Assembly: GCA_947488275.1 (NCBI GenBank) | Contig: CANKZX010000004.1 | Location: 1 to 57,166, forward strand | DNA from: Alphaproteobacteria bacterium | GTDB lineage: Bacteria; Pseudomonadota; Alphaproteobacteria; Paracaedibacterales; CAIOTO01 | DNA length: 57,166 nt | Direction: 5' to 3' | Part shown: in pieces, positions 1 through 10,170 of the stretch | How positions within the stretch are numbered: position 1 is the stretch's first letter | How the letters are laid out: each line of letters starts with the position of its first letter | Translations under genes and position numbers: made by a program | Notes under the pieces: model-generated | The model's input: the letters and a program-made list of their open reading frames with translations, nothing else | Database searches by the model: none | What the model was told of the DNA's origin: nothing

Positions 1-402
1 ATGGATGAATGGCTGTATGTGATGAAACACGAAAAAGTGCCCGAGAATTATCATTCTCCCTACATGCAGCAAGTATCGGATAAGCTGAGGATTCTTCGCA
101 TGACGGAGAAAGAACGCAGTGCCTATACGTTCTACATGAAGAAAGTCTACAATGACCGTGACGAGTTAGAAGCCGCCATTATGAAGGGGGAGGCTAAAGG
201 ATTGGCGAAGGGAAAAGCCGAAGGGAGAGCTGAAGGATTAGCCGAGGGGAAAGCGGAAGGCCTTGCCGAAGGTGAATTGCAAGCTAAGCGAGCGATTGCT
301 ATTGAGATGCTAAAAGACAATGAATCTGATGATAAAATCTTAAAATACTCAAAACTTACACATGAAGATCTCGTGTATTTAAAAAAACAGATCAACGTTT
401 AA
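1..402 (+). CDS. Rpn-family recombination-promoting nuclease/putative transposase (PD-(D/E)XK), 3' part only
   Basis: DEWLY..K, MTEKERSAY, tandem GxAE/GxAK 4-aa repeats and the IAIEMLK..I.KYSKL tail are typical of the Rpn C-terminus; truncated by the window start. Confidence 0.85.
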   Translation: MDEWLYVMKHEKVPENYHSPYMQQVSDKLRILRMTEKERSAYTFYMKKVYNDRDELEAAIMKGEAKGLAKGKAEGRAEGLAEGKAEGLAEGELQAKRAIAIEMLKDNESDDKILKYSKLTHEDLVYLKKQINV

Positions 403-718
403 AAAAGATTTTGTCTAAAACACATTGAATCTCTTCAACAACAAAAATAAACCTTCCAAATGCATCACATTTCACTTGCGTACGTGATCAGTATTTTATA
501 AAATTTAACACTGAAAATCGATTTTCTAACAACATTTTTTGAATTATACCTTAAAAATCAATAAATTGATTTACGGTGGATATATAAATCAACAAAGGGA
601 TGTTTTAGAAATCCGAAGAGGCATGGCTTGAGGATAAAAACCACACGTCTTCGAAGCGATTAACCCAACGCTTGAAAATTAATGGGTATGACATTTATCG
701 TGGTGAGTAATTAAACAT

Positions 719-1192
719 ATGGAAAAAATTCCGATGACAAATAGCGGATTTAAGAATCTGCAAGATGAACTGCATCATTTAAAGGCGACTGAACGCCCTA
801 ATGTGATCAAAGCGATTGCTGACGCCCGTGAACACGGTGACTTATCAGAAAATGCCGAATATCACGCAGCAAAAGAAAAGCAAAGCTTTATTGAGGGGCG
901 CATTGCCGAACTTGAAGATAAGGTGAGCCGCGCAGAAGTGATTGATTTATCAAAAATTTCAGGCAGCGATATTAAATTTGGCGCAACAATTCGCCTAATT
1001 GATGACGATACGGATGAAGAGCATACCTATCAAATTGTTGGTAGTGATGAATCGGATGTAAAAAAAGGGCTCCTTTCCATTACGTCACCGCTTGCACGCG
1101 CGCTTATTGGTAAAAAAGCCAATGACAGTGTCGAAGTTATCACACCAAATGGCGGAAAAGCCTACACCATTCAAGAGGTTCGTTACGGATAA
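719..1192 (+). CDS. greA: transcription elongation factor GreA
   Basis: [18 protein letters not shown] and [13 protein letters not shown] motifs. Confidence 0.98.
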   Translation: MEKIPMTNSGFKNLQDELHHLKATERPNVIKAIADAREHGDLSENAEYHAAKEKQSFIEGRIAELEDKVSRAEVIDLSKISGSDIKFGATIRLIDDDTDEEHTYQIVGSDESDVKKGLLSITSPLARALIGKKANDSVEVITPNGGKAYTIQEVRYG

Positions 1193-2136
1193 TGACAACA
1201 ACGCTGAAAACAGAAATAGAGTCTTCGCTTGATCGTGATACTGACGACCTTCGGAATCAATCCTTCCAAACAAGGCGCGCTACTGTATCAGCGTTAGAAG
1301 ATATTTTATACAAACCGCACCCTGTTCTTGACCATGGATTCGTGCGTGTGGTTGATTATATGGGCGACGATAGCGCCATTGTTCAAGCTGCACGTGTATC
1401 CTACGGTAAAGGCACAAAACAAGTCAGTGAAGACCGTGGTCTCATCCGTTATTTAATGCGCCATTGGCATTCAACCCCTTTTGAAATGTGTGAAATCAAG
1501 CTTCATGTCAAACTGCCGATGTTTGTCGCACGTCAATGGATTCGCCATCGCACTGCTAATGTTAATGAATATTCAGCACGTTATTCAATTTTGGATAAAG
1601 AATTCTATGTCCCCTCACCTGATCATTTATCCGCGCAATCCTTATCAAATCGCCAGGGACGTGCAGGAAACCTAGAAGGTGAACATGCCCAAAAAGTTCT
1701 TGAGATACTTAAAACAGATGCAACACGCAACTATGATAATTACATATGGATGTTGAATGAGAATGAAACATTTGGTGATCATCCAGGACTTGCCCGTGAA
1801 CTTGCCCGCATGAACTTGCCTGTGAATTTCTATACTCAGTGGTATTGGAAAGTTGATTTGCACAATCTAATGCACTTCTTACGTTTACGTGCAGACCCGC
1901 ATGCACAATATGAAATACGCGCTTATGCTGATGTCATTATTAATATCATGAAAGCTTGGGTTCCCCTAACATTTGACGCATTCGACGAATACCGTTTAGG
2001 CGCCGTACAACTATCTGCCACAGCTACCAAGCTGTTAAAACGACGTCTTGCTGGTGACATTATTACGTTTGAAGAAAGTAATCTTTCAAAGCGTGAATGG
2101 GTTGAATTATGCGCGATTTTTGATGTTTCTCAATAA
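1192..2136 (+). CDS. thyX: FAD-dependent thymidylate synthase
   Basis: [14 protein letters not shown] ThyX motif, [20 protein letters not shown]. Confidence 0.97.
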   Translation: MTTTLKTEIESSLDRDTDDLRNQSFQTRRATVSALEDILYKPHPVLDHGFVRVVDYMGDDSAIVQAARVSYGKGTKQVSEDRGLIRYLMRHWHSTPFEMCEIKLHVKLPMFVARQWIRHRTANVNEYSARYSILDKEFYVPSPDHLSAQSLSNRQGRAGNLEGEHAQKVLEILKTDATRNYDNYIWMLNENETFGDHPGLARELARMNLPVNFYTQWYWKVDLHNLMHFLRLRADPHAQYEIRAYADVIINIMKAWVPLTFDAFDEYRLGAVQLSATATKLLKRRLAGDIITFEESNLSKREWVELCAIFDVSQ

Positions 2137-2163
2137 CATCAGCAATCCATAACAGAGGATATT

Positions 2164-3099
2164 ATGGAGCAAAAGACAGTGCTTAAAAAACCTGATTGGA
2201 TTCGTGTAAAAGCACCTGTTTCAAAAGAATATCATGAGACAGCATCTTTGATGCGATCACTCAAACTCAAAACAGTTTGCGAAGAAGCTGCCTGCCCTAA
2301 CGTTGGTGAGTGTTGGTCAAAGAAACATGCAACATTCATGATTTTAGGGGATATATGCACGCGTGCATGTGCATTTTGTAATGTCAAAACAGGACGCCCT
2401 GATCTTTTAGATCCACATGAGCCTGAACGCGTTGCACAAGGTGTTGCGGAACTTGGACTCAGTCATGTTGTTATCACATCCGTTGATCGCGATGATCTTG
2501 ACGATGGTGGTGCGCATCATTTTGCCGACGTGATCACCCATATTCGAAAACGATCTCCTGGTACAACGATTGAAATTCTAACACCTGATTTCCTACGTAA
2601 AGAAGGCGCACTTGACATTGTTGTTGCTGCCAGACCTGATGTTTATAATCATAATCTTGAAACGGTGCCACGTTTGTATCCAACCGTCCGCCCTGGTGCA
2701 CGTTATTTCCATTCATTACGCTTACTTGACCGTGTCAAACAGCTTGATCCAACAATCTTTACTAAATCAGGAATTATGGTTGGTCTTGGCGAAACACGTG
2801 CAGAGGTTCATCAAGTCATGGATGATTTACGTGCTGCCAACGTTGACTTTATGACTATTGGGCAATATTTACAACCAACCCCCAAACATCACGATGTTAT
2901 TGATTTTATCACCCCCAATCAATTTGATGATTACGCAAAAATGGGACGCGGAAAAGGATTCTTACTGATTGCCGCAAGCCCACTTACACGGTCATCATAC
3001 CATGCAGGTGATGATTTTACTCGCCTACAAGCGGCTCGATTAGCGATACAGCCTCATGCAACGGCATCAAAAATAGGAATTTCTGGTGCCCATACATAA
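2164..3099 (+). CDS. lipA: lipoyl synthase
   Basis: [12 protein letters not shown], radical [17 protein letters not shown]. Confidence 0.98.
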   Translation: MEQKTVLKKPDWIRVKAPVSKEYHETASLMRSLKLKTVCEEAACPNVGECWSKKHATFMILGDICTRACAFCNVKTGRPDLLDPHEPERVAQGVAELGLSHVVITSVDRDDLDDGGAHHFADVITHIRKRSPGTTIEILTPDFLRKEGALDIVVAARPDVYNHNLETVPRLYPTVRPGARYFHSLRLLDRVKQLDPTIFTKSGIMVGLGETRAEVHQVMDDLRAANVDFMTIGQYLQPTPKHHDVIDFITPNQFDDYAKMGRGKGFLLIAASPLTRSSYHAGDDFTRLQAARLAIQPHATASKIGISGAHT

Positions 3100-3562
3100 A
3101 GAAAATCGTATCGTTCCCTATAAACCAGACCAAATATATCAACTAGTTTTAGATGTTGATCGTTATCCTGATTTCTTGCCATGGGTGCAATCAGCCCACG
3201 TTTATGATCGTGCAGAAACAATGTTTAATGCAGACCTTACAGTTGGATCATCCGTGATTAACCAAAGCTATTCATCAAAGATTACGTTTGGTGCGGTAGC
3301 AGATTCACTCCAAACGTATCGAATTGATGTGAAGCATACAAAAGGACCTTTTCATCATCTGCACAACTATTGGATTTTCAAACCTTATAGCAACGTCAAC
3401 ACATCCCTAGACAGTTCACCAACTCATACTGAAATTGAATTTTTTCTTGATTTTGAAATCAGCAATCCCTTTTTAAAACCACTACTACAACCCTTTTTAA
3501 ATCAAGCTGTCCACCTTATGGTTGATGCCTTTGAAAAACGCGCACATGCCCTATTCACATAG
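3086..3562 (+). CDS. RatA/Coq10-like START-domain (polyketide cyclase) protein
   Basis: [30 protein letters not shown]; follows lipA as is common in Alphaproteobacteria. Confidence 0.9.
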   Translation: MPIHKENRIVPYKPDQIYQLVLDVDRYPDFLPWVQSAHVYDRAETMFNADLTVGSSVINQSYSSKITFGAVADSLQTYRIDVKHTKGPFHHLHNYWIFKPYSNVNTSLDSSPTHTEIEFFLDFEISNPFLKPLLQPFLNQAVHLMVDAFEKRAHALFT

Positions 3563-3584
3563 AGTGACTCTATATATTATTATA

Positions 3585-4838
3585 TTATTTTGAAATACAG
3601 GCACCACTAAGATCCGCGTTAATCTGGCATTTTTGATTGGATGGGCAAACAGTACCACCACTATCCGCGCACGTCTTTACAAGACCATCAACACATGCGC
3701 CCTCTTTTGTTATGACATCAATACGGCACACCTTTGTGCCGATACATGTAGGACCACCTGATTCAGCACACGTTTTAAAAACGCAGATTCCGCTTAAATC
3801 TGGATTAATTTTACATTTCTGATTATCAGCACATCGCGCACCATTTGGATCAGCACATGTTTTTGTTGTATCTGCCACACATTTACCAATTTTTGTACTC
3901 ACATCAAACCTACAAACATCGGCACCTTTGCAAATTGGCCCACCTGCATCCGCACATGTTTTTAAATAACATTCCCCATTCACGCACTTTCGATCAGAAG
4001 AACATTTATTATCCTTACATTTATAAATCTCACATTTTCCATTATTGCACCGCTCATTATCCGCACATGACTTCCCACCATTTGCACAATTTAATGGTTG
4101 ACATGATGAATTCAAACAAGGCTGATTTGCCAAACAAACACCATTTGTCTGCCCACTAACACACGCAAATCCTGCATCACATGACTTACTCCCTGTGCCA
4201 ACACATGCGACTACACAAGAACCATTCACACATGACGATTTATCACTTGGGCAAATTGGCCCCCCTGCATCTGCACACGTTTTCAAATAACACGTACTAT
4301 GATGCCCCTTCCGTTTCACACATTTACGACCTGCGTGGCACTTATTATGGTTAGATCCATGACAGCGAATAGCCTCACATTTTCCTTTTTCACACGCCTC
4401 ATTATCCGCACATAAAGCACCGCCATTTGAACAATTCGGTGATTCACAATATGAATTAGGGCATGGCTGACCCGCAACACATGCCATAGACGTTATTGAA
4501 TTTGTGCATATAAAACCATTTGCACATGGACTGCTATTGACACCCAAACACGATGGTTTGCAAACCCCTTTTACACACGATGACTTGTCCGATGGACATT
4601 TTGGTCCATCCGCGTCATCACATGTTTTTGGCACACATTTAGAGTTCTCGCACTTAGAATGCTTATCACATTCGGGTGTTTTCTTACCTGGAATATGATC
4701 AGAACACGTCAATTCCACACAAGAATAATTAGCACATTTACGATTGATCGCGCACACCGAATTACTTTTACAAGACCAGGCCGCATTCGCATAAAACAAG
4801 ATCATTAAAGTCATTACGAAATTCATTAATTTCATCAT
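3585..4838 (-). CDS. secreted Cys-repeat protein (short paralog A)
   Basis: Signal-peptide-like N-terminus ending ANAAWS; repeated KTCADxGGPxC units; start placed at ATG 4838 (ORF track 4874). Confidence 0.85.
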   Translation of the reverse strand: MMKLMNFVMTLMILFYANAAWSCKSNSVCAINRKCANYSCVELTCSDHIPGKKTPECDKHSKCENSKCVPKTCDDADGPKCPSDKSSCVKGVCKPSCLGVNSSPCANGFICTNSITSMACVAGQPCPNSYCESPNCSNGGALCADNEACEKGKCEAIRCHGSNHNKCHAGRKCVKRKGHHSTCYLKTCADAGGPICPSDKSSCVNGSCVVACVGTGSKSCDAGFACVSGQTNGVCLANQPCLNSSCQPLNCANGGKSCADNERCNNGKCEIYKCKDNKCSSDRKCVNGECYLKTCADAGGPICKGADVCRFDVSTKIGKCVADTTKTCADPNGARCADNQKCKINPDLSGICVFKTCAESGGPTCIGTKVCRIDVITKEGACVDGLVKTCADSGGTVCPSNQKCQINADLSGACISK

Positions 4839-4883
4839 ATGTTTCTCGCAAGACTTAATCGCACATTTCATCATCTTTTGCTC

Positions 4884-7800
4884 TTATTTTGTGTTTACTA
4901 GCGTTGCATTGCCAAGCACCACTGGTTTTGATAGTTGTTTTGCCAATTCTTCCAATCGATTTGCCATTTGAACTGAACTTTGCGCAGATTTCGCATTATT
5001 CGCTTGAATAACGACCGCTTCATCTTGCAACATCTGGGCAACTTGCTTCGTCAATTGATCTGAAACTTGCTTTGACTGCTGTGACATTTGCGCTGTTTGT
5101 TGACCAACTTGCTGGTTAAGCTGCTGGTAAACTTGTTGCACAATAGCCTGCTGTTGTTCGGGTTGCAACACAATGGGAGCAGCTTCTGAAGCAACGACCG
5201 TTACTGTCGGAGCAGCTGTATTACCCGTCGTTGTACTACTAACTGTCGTACTACTGCTTTTCGTTGCTGTACTGCCACTACTTATCTCACTGCTCGTTGT
5301 ACTGCTTCCTGCCGTACCACCCGTTACACTGCTACTCGTCGTAGGACTTCCAGATGGTATCACTGTGCACGTTGCTCCATCACAAGACTGACCTGCCACA
5401 CACAACGCACCAGACACACCTGTGCATTGCGTCCCTGCACCACATGCTGTTCCGCCATTCGCACATGTCAGTAACTTACAAATCGCCGTATCACAGAATA
5501 TACCATCAACACACCGTGTATTCGTCGTAGAACTAAAACACCCCTGCCCTGACGGACATGCTGTTCCACCATTTGCACAGGTTAATAGTTTACAAGCTGC
5601 CGTACTGGAACACGATGCATCATTTACTGAACACACTTTACCCGTTGTCGTGTTTGAGCAAATATAACCAGATGCACAGAGATCACCACCATTCGCACAC
5701 GTAGAAGCTGAACAAGTACCATCTGTTTGGCATATTGGTTTAGCCGAATCACAAGGCTTACCACCATTAATACAGTTAGCTGTTTTACAGACTGCCGTTC
5801 CAAGTGTTGCGCAGGGTTGCCCAGCTTCACATTTTTTACCTTCAGCCGTTGCACAAATCTGACCCGTTGAACATTTCTTTGCCGAATCATTCATACACGT
5901 TGATGGTAAACAGATTGCGCTACTTACACAACTTGCATCATTCAATGCACACAAACCACCTGTTGACGGATTTGTGCAGATTGATGACGGTGAAGCACAC
6001 AATGCCCCACCATTTGCACAGGTTAATCCTTTACAATATGCCTTATCACAAAATTTACCTGCCACGCATGCTTTATCTGTAACAGGATCCGTACATTGCT
6101 GCGTTGATTGACACATAATCGCTGATCCACCAACAGTTACTGACCCACCATTCGCACAGGTTGATGTCGTACAAATTGCCGTACTTGCACATTTTGCATC
6201 ACCTAAGGCACATAATCCACCTGTCGTAGGATCAACACATGCCTGACCAGCCGCACACGTTGTCCCCCCATTTACACAGGTCAGTTTTTGGCACGTTGCT
6301 CCATCACATTGTTTACCAAATGTACACTTACCATACGTACCAAGCGTAGTCGTTGATGCGTTTACACATGTCATACTGGCATTACAAAGCTTTGTCGAAT
6401 CATTAGCACACGTAAGTGGCTTACACACTGCACCACTTGCACAACTTGCATCACCAAGTGCACACAATACCCCTGTTGTTGAATCAACGCAACTTTCAGT
6501 TGCACTACATAGTGCACCCCCATTTGCGCACGTTAATGTTTGACATGTCGCACTATCACAAACCTTACCAGCTGTACATAATGCATATGAACCTGAAGCA
6601 CCCGCTTTCGGATTAACACAGCTTTGACCTGTCGCACACGTACTGCCGCCATTTGCACACGTTTTTGGTTTACAAACCGCTGTATTCGCACAGCTTTGAC
6701 CCGCCACACATGCAGCACCTGTCAATGGGTCTGAACACATACTATCCGCACTACACGTCGTACCACCGTTCGCACATGTCAGTGTTTGACAAATCGCATT
6801 ATCACACTGCGCCCCAGCCACACATGCTGAGAACATGGAAGAAACCGTTGATGATGTTCCACTTGACATGCTTGACGTACTGGTACTTGTACTAGATGTA
6901 CTCGTACTTGTTGACGTAAAAGGAGAAGGTTTCACACACGTCTGCCCCGCCGTACACACCGTTCCACCATTTGCACAAGTGAGTGGTTTGCAAACCGCTG
7001 TACTTGCACAACTCTGCCCTGGCAAACAGACACTCCCTTTTACAGGATCAACACATGTATTGCCAGCCGCACATGCCGCACCACCATTCGCACACGTTAA
7101 CACCTGACACGTTGCACCGTCACATAAAGCACCTGCCGCACATAATGTATATGAACCCGTCGATGTCGTACTTGGTTTAACACAGCTTTGCCCTGTTGGA
7201 CACGTTGCCCCACCTGTTGCACAACTTAATGGCTTACACATCGCTGTTGTTGCACAAGGTTGCCCTGCAGCGCATGTACTTCCCGTCGTAGGATCAACAC
7301 ACACTTGTCCTGTCGCACATGCTGTACCACCATTTACACATGTCAATGTCTGGCAAACCGCATTATCACACACTTTACCAGCAACGCATCCAATGAATGC
7401 CCCTGATTGCGTCACATTTGGCATCGCACATGTTTGACCAGCGGCACACGTTGCCCCCCCATTTGCACATGTTTTCGTTTTACAAACTGCCGTACCCATT
7501 TTTGCACAATCTTGCCCTGACACACATGTATTCCCCGTCGTAGGATCCGCACAAATACTGCTTGTTGCGCATGCTTTTGTTGTATCATTCATACACGTTG
7601 CCACTTTACAGGTTGCAGCCGCTGCACACGATGTATCACCCAGTGGACATAAGAGACCTGTCGATGAATTCGTACATATTTGCCCTGCCGCACATGTTGC
7701 GCCTCCATTTGCACATGTCAATGTTTGACACGTTGCCCCATCACATAAAGCACCTGCGGCGCATAATGCATATGAACCTGAAGCACCAGCTTTAGGGTTA

Positions 7801-9953
7801 ACACAACTCTGACCGCTCGCGCACGCTGCACCACCATTCGCACACGTAGATGGTTTACAGATCGCCGTACTATTTGTCACACATGTTTGACCTGCTGCAC
7901 ACAAATTACCTGTTGTTGGATCCGCGCAAATATTACCCGTTGAACATGCTTTTGTTGCATCATTCATACATGTTGCCACTTTACAAGTTGCCGTCGCTGC
8001 ACATGAAGCATCGCCTAATGGACACACCTTTCCTGTTGATGAATTCGTACATATTTGCCCAGTACCACATACCGTTCCACCATTTGCACACGTCAATGTT
8101 TGACACATTGCACCATCACACAACGCACCAGCAGCACATGTAGAGAATATATTGGGATTCGTTGCACTTACATTCGCACAACTCTGACCAGACGCACATG
8201 TTGCCCCCCCATTCGCACAGGTTTTTGGCTTACAAATCGCTGTTCCAAGCGTTGCGCAATCTTGCCCTGATACACACGTATTCCCCGTCGCAGGATCCGC
8301 ACACAAACTATCAGCTGAACACGCTTTTGTAAGATCATTCATACAACTCGAAGGACGGCACACGGCTGCATTCGCACACGTTGAATCACCAATGGCACAT
8401 GTCAATCCATTCGTACCATTTGTACAAGACTGACCTGTTGGACAAACTGTTCCGCCATCTGCACACGTTAACTTTTTACATAATGCCCCATCACATGGAG
8501 AACCAGGTATACACGCCGCATACGTTGTGAGTGCCGTTGTTCCACTAGGCGTCCCCGTTGGTACAACAGCTTTTACACATGTTTCACCCGTACCACACGT
8601 CACACCACCATTTGCACACGTTTTTACCTGACACATCGCTGTATTAGAACACGTTGCATCCCCAAGCGGGCAAGTGCTCCCCGTCGTTGGGTTAATACAT
8701 GTTTGTGTTGTTGCATCACATGCTGTACCACCATTCGCACAGGTTAATGCTTTACAGACAGCACCGTCACATTGGGTGCCATCTTTACATTTTACATAGG
8801 ATCCTGTTGTTGTGCCACTTTGCACACAATCTTGACCTACACCACATGCCGTTCCACCATTCGCACACGTTAATGGCTTACAAATCGCTGCGTCAGAACA
8901 TGTCGCATCACCAACGGGACATACTTTGCCTGTCGTTCCATTCACACATGCTTGCCCTGTCGCACATACTGCACCACCATTTGCACATGTTAACGCTTTA
9001 CACTGCGCAGTGTCAGCACCTGTTTGCCCCGACACCCAGGCTTGGAAGGTTCCTGTAACCGTTCCAGGTTTCACACACGTTTGACCTGTTGTGCAGGCTG
9101 TACCGCCATTCGCACACGTTTTTGCCTTACAGACAGCCGTCCCATCTTTTGCACAAGCAGCACCAGCAGCACACGCAATACCCGTTGTTGGATCCGCACA
9201 TATTTTGTCAGCTGTACATGATTTTGTCGTATCATTCATACATGTTGATACTTTACACGTCGCTGTTGCATTTAATGCACATGGTTGACCTGCCAAACAT
9301 TGATTTCCTGTCGATGGGTCAACGCAAAGACTTCCCGCCGCACACGTCGCACCACCATTTGCACACGTCGCCGTCTTACATTGCGCTGTATTTGCACATG
9401 TTGCATCTCCACTCGCACATACCGCGCCTGTCGTAATATTTGTACAAACTTGACCAGTCACACAAGCCGTTCCACCATTCGCACAGGTTAATGTTTGACA
9501 TGTTGCTGTTTCAGCACCTGTTTGCCCAGCAACCCATGCTTGAAAGGTTCCTGTAACCGTTCCAGGTTTCACACATGTTGCTCCCGTTACACATGCTGCA
9601 CCACCAGTCTCCGCACATGTTTTCGTACGACAAATAGCTGTTCCAGCCGTCGCACACGTCTGACCTGCTGAACAAACAGCCTTTGTCGTTGGATCTGTAC
9701 ACAACTGACTAGAGGTACAGACAATACCACCATTTATACAGTTAGATGCTTTACACGTTGCTTTTTTTGTTGAGTCTGTTGTTGTTGCACACAACTGACC
9801 CGCAAAACACGTAGTACCAGTTAAGGGATCAACGCAAATCTGCCCTGCAGCACAGGGAGTTCCACCGCTTGCACATGTAGAAGCCTCTAATGCTCCCTCC
9901 ATAGCCGCACAGTTAAATAAAAGGAATAGTATGAATATAATTTTATTTAACAC
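4884..9953 (-). CDS. giant secreted Cys-repeat protein with Ser/Thr linker and Gln-rich helical C-terminus
   Basis: Roughly 40 TCANGG-type 4/6-Cys repeats; GAGGGA RBS 7 nt before GTG 9953, followed by a hydrophobic signal peptide (ORF track start 10001). Confidence 0.9.
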   Translation of the reverse strand: MLNKIIFILFLLFNCAAMEGALEASTCASGGTPCAAGQICVDPLTGTTCFAGQLCATTTDSTKKATCKASNCINGGIVCTSSQLCTDPTTKAVCSAGQTCATAGTAICRTKTCAETGGAACVTGATCVKPGTVTGTFQAWVAGQTGAETATCQTLTCANGGTACVTGQVCTNITTGAVCASGDATCANTAQCKTATCANGGATCAAGSLCVDPSTGNQCLAGQPCALNATATCKVSTCMNDTTKSCTADKICADPTTGIACAAGAACAKDGTAVCKAKTCANGGTACTTGQTCVKPGTVTGTFQAWVSGQTGADTAQCKALTCANGGAVCATGQACVNGTTGKVCPVGDATCSDAAICKPLTCANGGTACGVGQDCVQSGTTTGSYVKCKDGTQCDGAVCKALTCANGGTACDATTQTCINPTTGSTCPLGDATCSNTAMCQVKTCANGGVTCGTGETCVKAVVPTGTPSGTTALTTYAACIPGSPCDGALCKKLTCADGGTVCPTGQSCTNGTNGLTCAIGDSTCANAAVCRPSSCMNDLTKACSADSLCADPATGNTCVSGQDCATLGTAICKPKTCANGGATCASGQSCANVSATNPNIFSTCAAGALCDGAMCQTLTCANGGTVCGTGQICTNSSTGKVCPLGDASCAATATCKVATCMNDATKACSTGNICADPTTGNLCAAGQTCVTNSTAICKPSTCANGGAACASGQSCVNPKAGASGSYALCAAGALCDGATCQTLTCANGGATCAAGQICTNSSTGLLCPLGDTSCAAAATCKVATCMNDTTKACATSSICADPTTGNTCVSGQDCAKMGTAVCKTKTCANGGATCAAGQTCAMPNVTQSGAFIGCVAGKVCDNAVCQTLTCVNGGTACATGQVCVDPTTGSTCAAGQPCATTAMCKPLSCATGGATCPTGQSCVKPSTTSTGSYTLCAAGALCDGATCQVLTCANGGAACAAGNTCVDPVKGSVCLPGQSCASTAVCKPLTCANGGTVCTAGQTCVKPSPFTSTSTSTSSTSTSTSSMSSGTSSTVSSMFSACVAGAQCDNAICQTLTCANGGTTCSADSMCSDPLTGAACVAGQSCANTAVCKPKTCANGGSTCATGQSCVNPKAGASGSYALCTAGKVCDSATCQTLTCANGGALCSATESCVDSTTGVLCALGDASCASGAVCKPLTCANDSTKLCNASMTCVNASTTTLGTYGKCTFGKQCDGATCQKLTCVNGGTTCAAGQACVDPTTGGLCALGDAKCASTAICTTSTCANGGSVTVGGSAIMCQSTQQCTDPVTDKACVAGKFCDKAYCKGLTCANGGALCASPSSICTNPSTGGLCALNDASCVSSAICLPSTCMNDSAKKCSTGQICATAEGKKCEAGQPCATLGTAVCKTANCINGGKPCDSAKPICQTDGTCSASTCANGGDLCASGYICSNTTTGKVCSVNDASCSSTAACKLLTCANGGTACPSGQGCFSSTTNTRCVDGIFCDTAICKLLTCANGGTACGAGTQCTGVSGALCVAGQSCDGATCTVIPSGSPTTSSSVTGGTAGSSTTSSEISSGSTATKSSSTTVSSTTTGNTAAPTVTVVASEAAPIVLQPEQQQAIVQQVYQQLNQQVGQQTAQMSQQSKQVSDQLTKQVAQMLQDEAVVIQANNAKSAQSSVQMANRLEELAKQLSKPVVLGNATLVNTK

Positions 9954-10058
9954 GACGAAATCCCTCAGTTCATTACAACGTTTTATATGAATCTTATTCA
10001 AATCACCGCTTTAGGAGCGGAATAAAATTCTACCTAGATTAATCGTGCCAAACATAAA

Positions 10059-10073
10059 TTAATATTTAATTAA
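10059..10073. promoter_or_regulatory. CtrA-type box TTAA-N7-TTAA
   Basis: TTAA TATTTAA TTAA upstream of the 4884-9953 gene; region is very AT-rich. Confidence 0.4.
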
Positions 10074-10116
10074 AAATGTATAGTATTTTGACTCTTTTTA
10101 TAACATAACCATGCAT

Positions 10117-10146
10117 AAAAAATAGGGGGGCTCATCCCCCCCTTAT
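10117..10146 (-). terminator. intrinsic terminator after the 903-aa Cys-repeat gene
   Basis: G-run/C-run hairpin followed by a T tract on the minus strand. Confidence 0.75.
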
Positions 10147-10170
10147 CATCAAAGTATTTATATAAAGTTT